Shown here: positions 57,001 through 64,000 of the stretch, piece by piece
How the letters are laid out: each line of letters opens with the position of its first letter
Numbering within the stretch: position 1 is the stretch's first letter
NCBI GenBank assembly: GCA_951406725.2
Contig: OX597821.1
Span: 77,376,001 to 77,440,000 of the forward strand
Length of the DNA: 64,000 nt
Direction: 5' to 3'
Source: Octopus vulgaris
Lineage: Eukaryota
Position numbers and translations under genes: made by a program
The notes under the pieces: model-generated
What the model saw: the letters and a program-made list of their open reading frames with translations, nothing else
Database searches by the model: none
Told to the model about the DNA's origin: nothing

Positions 57001-57734
57001 CGAATTGAATTTCCGTGAACCATATCAACTCACAAAGCTTTGGTCAACCCAAAACTATAGTAGAACTGGACAAACTGCCACGCAGTAGGACCGCAACCGA
57101 AACCGCGTATTTGGAAAGCAGACTTCTTACCACACAGCCACGCTTGCACCTGTAAGTCTAAAATTTTTGGCGGAAGGGGACTACCCGATTACATCGACCG
57201 CAGGGCACAACTGGTACTTATTTCATTGGCTCCAAAAAGATGAAAGGTAACGGCAACCTAGAACGAAGTCTGAACTCAGAACGTTAAACCTAAAGAAATG
57301 CCGCGAAGCATTTTGTCCAACTTGCTAATGTTTCTGCCAGCTCTCCGCCTAATTTGGTCCAACTAATAGGGTTAGGCGAGGCATGAACATCACAGCTTCA
57401 TATTTCCCTTCCCCTTTAATTCCACTCTTTTGTACTGAGTTGAAACAAATCGGAAAATATCTTTAATCTTATTTTTCGTTGTTGCTTTCTTATGTTTTTT
57501 GTTGTATTTACTTTCTGTGTTAAAACAACAACAAAAAGAAATATCTTTTCATCTCATATCTCCCTCTCTCTCTCTCTCTCTCTCTCTCCCTCCCTCTCTC
57601 TCCCTCTCTCCGTCTCGCTTTTTCTCTCTTTTTCTCAATATATATTTTCTCTCTCTCTTTCTCTTCTTCTCTCTCGCCCTGTCTCTTCTCTCTTTCTCTG
57701 TATATATTCATTATACGCATATACATAAATACAG

Positions 57735-57769
<35 letters not shown>

Positions 57770-57933
57770 TATTTACCGACACATATATGGGTGCCTGCAT
57801 GTATACGTGTATGCATGTATAGCACATACATTTGCATATATACATACACGCATATATATATATATATATATACATACACACAATCACGCACACACACATA
57901 TTGTACATGTACATATACATACATATACACACA

Positions 57934-57978
<45 letters not shown>

Positions 57979-58218
57979 ATATTATATATATTATATAACA
58001 CATACATAACATATATATATATTATAACACATATATACATAAATATTCATGCACACACATACACAAGCGCATGCACTCACACACACAGACACACACACAT
58101 ACACACATATATTGTACATGTACATTTATTTATATACACATACAGACATATATATATATATTATAACACACATATATATACATACATATTCATGCACACA
58201 CATACACAAGCGCATGCA

Positions 58219-58262
<44 letters not shown>

Positions 58263-58689
58263 TTATATGCAAAAAAAAAAATTTTTTTTTAATGCCTCAA
58301 AACAATTGTCTTCGACTTGACGTTTGTGTTCGTAGTGAAAGACCACCTGGTCCTCTGGTTTCTCACAGGCGCTACTGGAGATTTCAAATTGAAAACCTTA
58401 TTGATTTATCATTCTGACTATCTCGCCCGTAAATGACATGCCACATCAGGGCTTTCAAGTGAAACCGGGGTTAGCCCTCAAATATTCTTTAACTTTCATC
58501 ACCAAACAGCAGTTATACGACTTGCAAGTTTAACGTTTCTGCAATCTGAACACGACACACAGACAGACAGACAACCGTAGCGTGTAGTGCAGTAAAGAAG
58601 AGCGACGTAGGGTTAGATAAAGCGAGGGCGATGGGTTGGGAGTGAAGGTCTTTTCTTTCAAGGCGTACTTCCTGCATAAAAAATACAAC

Positions 58690-58751
<62 letters not shown>

Positions 58752-58885
58752 TAATAAAGTGACTGCTTTCTGAAGATGGCATATCCATTAGAGAATTCTG
58801 TTGTAATTATTATATCATAAAAACGGCGAGGACTACAACTGTTATTGGAGAAGAAAGAGGAAAGAGGCCCTCTGTGTGTGTGTGT

Positions 58886-58941
<56 letters not shown>

Positions 58942-59337
58942 GTGTGTGTGTGTGAAGTACATTAGCAGTGTGCAATAAAAGAAACAACCATCCAAACCAA
59001 CCAACCAGCTAGCCAGCCACAACTTTAACGTAGCATTATAAATGATTTTGTTTATATAAAGTTTGTATAACTCGGCTTCTAAACGACATTATGTAACCTA
59101 TATGAGAGACAAACAGACGGACATACAGACAGACAGACACAGAAGGTGAACTTATCATAAGCTATTAAGACCACAATATGGTATTCGGTTCAAAAGTACT
59201 TTAGAAACACGAAGAAATTCTATGCCATCGATACAAGCAATGTAATATCCCACTTGGTTGTGAGTTCTGTAAAGCAAGACGTACGATTCAGATAAACGAA
59301 GATTGTGACCAGAATTCAATGTCTCGTTGTAACTACA

Positions 59338-59592
59338 GACATTCTACGCGTTACGGAAGCGTTGTGTTTCTGAAAACCTTGCCGTAACGTTGAATTGTGT
59401 AACGCAAAACCGATTTCTCCGTTGACTTCCACGTTATGTCTTGTAACGAAGAAATCACTGGGGTAAATAGACTGAAAGCTAGGAGCTTCCAGGTTATAGC
59501 GAAGTCAATGAGAAAATTGGTTTCATAATTCGGAATCCTACATTACGGTAAAATTTTGAGAAACGCGACGCTTCCCCTTACAACAGGGATGT
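59338..59592. mobile_element. Old fold-back element (MITE-like)
   Basis: GGAAGCGTTGTGTTTCTGAAAACCTTGCCGTAA versus TTACGGTAAAATTTTGAGAAACGCGACGCTTCC, and AAACCGATTTCTCCGTTGACTTC versus GAAGTCAATGAGAAAATTGGTTT. Confidence 0.55.
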
Positions 59593-59634
59593 TTCTATTT
59601 CATTTCAGACTACTTACATCATTAATATAATTTC

Positions 59635-59975
59635 AAATTTTTGGCCCAGCACCAGCAGTTTCGGGGGAGGGGGTAAGTCCATTACATAGATCTCAGTATT
59701 TCACTGGTACTTATTTCACCGATCCCCGAAAGGATGAAAGGCACTGTGCACCTCAGCGGAGTTTGAACTAAGAATGTGAAGACGGACGAAATGCTGCTAA
59801 GCATTCTTTTCTGCTCTAGGCATACGAAATTTCGACTCCAGTACGTAGCTGGTACTTTATTTATCGACTCTGAAAAGTCGACCGCGGCGGAATTTGAACT
59901 CAGAACATAAAGACGAACAAAAATACCGCTAAGCACTCCGCCCGGAGTGCTAACGATTCTGCCAGCTTGCGGCCT
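59635..59975 (-). mobile_element. SINE family B, two partial copies
   Basis: Reverse-complement family cores. Confidence 0.75.
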
Positions 59976-60813
59976 TACTCATTAATGTCAAAACACAAAA
60001 TTAAAAGAATAATAGAATTGGTAAAGGTACGGTCAGAATTTAGTTATTTGTGGGTTCAAATCCCGCTGGGAACTTGGTTGCTTTCATCCTTCTGGGGTTG
60101 ATTTATAATTGTCCATACAGTCTCCCAAATTTTATAATTTTGTGCTACAAAGTTAGACATCAATATTAAAAAAAGACACGAATACGGACGATCGTGTGGC
60201 AGAATTGGTAAATCGTACAACAAAAATAATTTACATGACGTAATTATTTAATTACAATCATAAGCATTCTACGTTCAAATCCTGCCAGAAGTGGAATTCC
60301 TTTTATCTTTTGCGGGTATCGATAATACCATGTAGCATCAGTTAAGATTGGAACTGATTGTATTCATCTCACCAAATATATAACCTTTTATCTATGTTAA
60401 ATATCGAAGAGAAATGAATTCCTCAAACAGATTATTTCTCTCTTCCAGCAAAGTAAATCTACACCTTTCCTTCCTTCTTCGACTCATTATGGACATTCGA
60501 CTCCTCATAAACTACTTTCATTTGAAATCTAAATAAACATTTAAAAATAAAGAGAATCAGAGTTTGTTATTACACTAAACACAGACGGTGTAGATGTGTT
60601 TAGTTTTAATTATATGTGTTTGTTACGCATTTTATTTATTCTTCGCGAATATTTGTGGTTTGTTTTTATTACAATTTGTAACTTGTTCCATTATATATTT
60701 ATTTATAATATAACGTCTTTCACCCCAAACCCTTTTTCTTTGTATAATTTGTCTATTCTCTCCCACACGCTTGTGTAAGACCCTGTTTGATGTTCTTAGG
60801 GGCTAATAAAAAA

Positions 60814-60847
<34 letters not shown>

Positions 60848-61142
60848 GAAGGTGGTGAGCAGGTAGAATCGTTAGCGCACCGGAAAAAATGCTCAGCGGC
60901 ATTTCGTCCGTCTTTACGTTCTGGGATCAAATTCGACGAGGTCGACTTTGCTTTTCATCATTCCGGTGTTGATAAAAATAGTACCAGTTGAGCACTGGGG
61001 TCGATGTTACTGGCCTTGTGCCAAAATTTGAAATATTTTGCGCATTATAGAAGTATAACCAAGTTCGTTCCCACGGGCATATGGCGTAGTGCGGGCTACT
61101 AACCCCAAGATTCCAAGTTCGATTCCAAGCAGTGACCTGAAC

Positions 61143-61189
<47 letters not shown>

Positions 61190-61215
61190 CAACAATAATG
61201 ATAATAATAATGATG

Positions 61216-61250
<35 letters not shown>

Positions 61251-61492
61251 TTATTTTCCTACGCAAGAAGATAGTATTTTCCTACGCAAAATACTCTCTA
61301 TGTAATCCCAAGGTTTAAAACAAACTTCTTCTTTTTTATGTATTAGACATTCACTAGTACAACACCAAAAAACCCCAAATATATGGAACACTAGGCATAA
61401 CAACAACATGCACTTCCAACCTGTTGTCTCTTGAGGTCTCTGGGTTAGACTTGGAGCCAACTTGTATAGACATAAAACAAAAGTCAAACATA

Positions 61493-61493
<1 letters not shown>
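61251..61493 (+). mobile_element. 5'-truncated LINE 3' end (R4/Dong-like) nested in (AAT)n
   Basis: Ends an ORF with LRKILSM* (61282-61305; compare the restriction-like-endonuclease LINE C-terminus GTAHILRKxLS), followed by a UTR, and is flanked on both sides by (AAT)n. Confidence 0.5.
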
Positions 61494-61563
<70 letters not shown>

Positions 61564-61611
61564 TCGAAAAATACTTTAGGAATGAGAACCCAGGTTCGAA
61601 ATTTCCCCAAG

Positions 61612-61655
61612 GTACCTGAAGAAGGCTGGAGGGTATATCAGCCGAAACGTTGTAT
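61612..61655 (+). ncRNA. Minimal type I hammerhead motif
   Basis: gtac CTGAAGA a ggctgg-agggtata-tcagcc GAAA cg TT gtat. Helix III is reduced to the palindrome AACGTT. Confidence 0.6.
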
Positions 61656-62208
61656 TAACAACAAACAAGATGAGGGCAAATATCCGTCAAATGTAAATAA
61701 TGTAAATAATTTAAATAATTCCTCATCTCTTAAATATAGAACTGTATAACCAAGTTATTGCACATAAATTTTAACAGCAAAATCTTACGTGGACCCTCAA
61801 GCGCAATATAGACCCTGGGTGAGAATCACTGATATAAGACAATGGAAACAGCGAGACGAACACTTTCCAAATAACAGTGGGACCGTGAAATAACCGTAGA
61901 AACCATGTCGATGACTAGGTCACAATTGGTGCGACGAAAAATTTTGGCACCAAATATATGTCTAAGTCAAGTGAAAACGTTTTGTATTTTGAATGGCTAA
62001 TCTGTCGTCCATGTTTTAATAGTTTTGGTTTCAACACATTGTCAGTCACAGATTATATCATTTTCCAGACTAATATATCTCCGAAATTCCGAGGGCTTCA
62101 TCCTGGCTACCAAAATCACGAAGAATTCTGTTACTTGTTGCTTGAACAAAATAACAATTATGCCGCAATTTCACTTCATAAAACATTGCATCACTGAGAA
62201 TTTACCCA

Positions 62209-62975
62209 AGCGTGGCTGCATGGTAAGAAGCTTGCTTTCCTACCTCATGGTTCCCAGTTCAGTCCCACTGCGTGGCACCTTGGGCAAGTGTCTTCTACTA
62301 TAACCTTGGGCAACCAAAGCCTTGTGAGTGGATTTCGTAGACGGAAACTGAAAAAAATGTGTGTGTTTGTGAGTGCGCGCGCGCGTGTGTGTGTGCACTG
62401 TCACGCCCACCGCTTGACAACCAGTGTTGGTGTGTTTACGTTCCCGCAACTTATCAGATCGGCAAAAGGGTCCGATATAATACGTACCATACTTCGAATA
62501 AATTAGCATTCGGGTCGATTCATTCGACGAAAAATTCTTCGAGGCGATGCCCCAGCATGGCCGCAGTCAAATGACTGAAACAAACGAACGATAAAGAGGT
62601 TTTGCAATTTTTTTTCTATAGACGTAGGAGTGGCTGTGTGGTAAGTAGCTTTCTTACCAACCACATGATACCAGGTTCAGTCCCAGTGCTTGGCACCTTG
62701 GGCAAGTGTCTTCTACTATAGCTTCGAGTCGACCAAAGCCTTGTGAGTGGATTTGGTCGTATATATATTTGTGTGTCTGTGTTCACCCCCACACACCCAC
62801 ATCACTTGATGTTGGTGTGTTTACGTCCCCGTAACTTAGCGGTTCGGCAAGAGAGACCGATAGAATAAGTACTAGGCTTACAAAGAATGAGTTGTGGGGT
62901 CGATTTCTTCGACTAAAGGCGGTGCTCCAGCATGGTGCTCCACAGTCGAATGACTGAAACAAATAAAAGAATAAG
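62209..62975 (+). mobile_element. Two tandem SINE family A copies (62209-62600, 62620-62975)
   Basis: Each copy has A/B boxes and the CCAGCATGG...TGACTGAAACAA tail. Confidence 0.85.
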
Positions 62976-63327
62976 GGAATAGATGTTAAATCAAGAATTA
63001 TGTGAAAGAGGGAAAGAAGAATATGTTTGTACATCTCTTGTCAATGACAACCTGGAAACGAAACAGTAAAAAGTCATGTAATAACAGCGAGGCGATGAGT
63101 GAACTTTGAAAATAACATAATATTACAGAAGGGCGAAACGAGAAAAAAATGTTACGAAAAGACAACGGAAAAAAGGGTGATAAAACATATTTTGTAGATT
63201 TAGACAAGAAAGTAGACCACCTTTTAAAGCAAGAACATACAAGCACTCCCCACCACCACACATGTATGCTGACACGTAAGCTCATACATACTGACATATA
63301 TAACAACACATATAGAAATACACACGG

Positions 63328-63364
<37 letters not shown>

Positions 63365-63390
63365 TATATATATATATGCGAATATAAACA

Positions 63391-63706
63391 AAAAGGGTAA
63401 TAATATAGATTACTACCAGTGGCTCAGCACAAAAGACGAATTAGTCATTAAACAAAATATTATTCATATAGAAAAATATTATTCATGTAGAAATATAATT
63501 AAGGGCTCCTAAATAAGGATGCCAAGTGCTGGGAACACAAAAAGGAGATAAATTTATCGAGAGTGAAAATCAAAAACATTTACCGATAACTTTATATGAA
63601 AGTTATTTCTACATGAATAATATTTTTCTATATGAATAATATTTTGTCTAATGACTAATTCGTCTTTTGTGCTGAGCCACTGGTAGTAATCTATATTATT
63701 ACCCTT

Positions 63707-63708
<2 letters not shown>
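63391..63708. repeat. 105-bp-arm inverted repeat (1 mismatch), 108-bp spacer
   Basis: Arms at 63391-63495 and 63604-63708; abuts a (TA)n tract. Confidence 0.92.
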
Positions 63709-63765
<57 letters not shown>

Positions 63766-64000
63766 TTGTTTATATCTCAAGAATTTAGAAGCTTTCGAGA
63801 GAACGTGGAAATATTTTTTCTGGGAATTGGATCTCGAAGTACACAAATGATAGCATGGAAATATGCAAATATTGGGTTGAAAAGCCCCTTTTGGAGAGAA
63901 AATGTCCCACGGGCAACTTTCGACGTTTTATATCCAAAAGTCTTTTTCAACTGAATATTTACATGGTGTTATTTATATCTCTATATGTACAATAATCTCT

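Larger units (their letters stand above)
61066..61743 (+). mobile_element. tRNA-headed retroposon with (AAT)n and hammerhead motif, 13-bp TSD
   Basis: GTATAACCAAGTT at 61053-61065 and 61744-61756; A-box-like TGGCGTAGTG (61082) and B-box GTTCGATTCC (61117); HHR motif at 61612-61655. Confidence 0.72.

Overview
AT-rich, microsatellite-dense eukaryotic non-coding DNA. Its repeat families resemble those of Octopus genomes; the organism is my inference. I find no intact protein-coding gene: the long ORFs in the track are read-throughs of simple repeats or of a minisatellite. The window is a mosaic of: (i) several tRNA-headed SINE families, some with target-site duplications (TSDs) and visibly swapped modules; (ii) relics of a CR1/L2-type LINE, an R4/Dong-like LINE tail, a Tc1/mariner transposase, a Penelope-like (PLE) GIY-YIG endonuclease, MITEs, Helitron-like and Helentron-like elements; (iii) at least seven minimal type I hammerhead-ribozyme (HHR) motifs of the PLE kind, several inside long fold-back inverted repeats next to (TA)n tracts. 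The two most striking items are: a 5-kb, tandemly duplicated, Helitron-ended element whose ~22-bp minisatellite repeats an optimal TCF/LEF site plus a Helper-like GCCG motif roughly 220 times (25370-30495); and a TSD-flanked tRNA-headed element carrying a hammerhead motif (61066-61743). There are weak signs of a + strand promoter and first exon(s) at 11.5-14.1 kb and a strong CTCF-like motif at 21.7 kb. All calls were made by eye, and element boundaries are approximate unless fixed by a TSD or terminal repeat.
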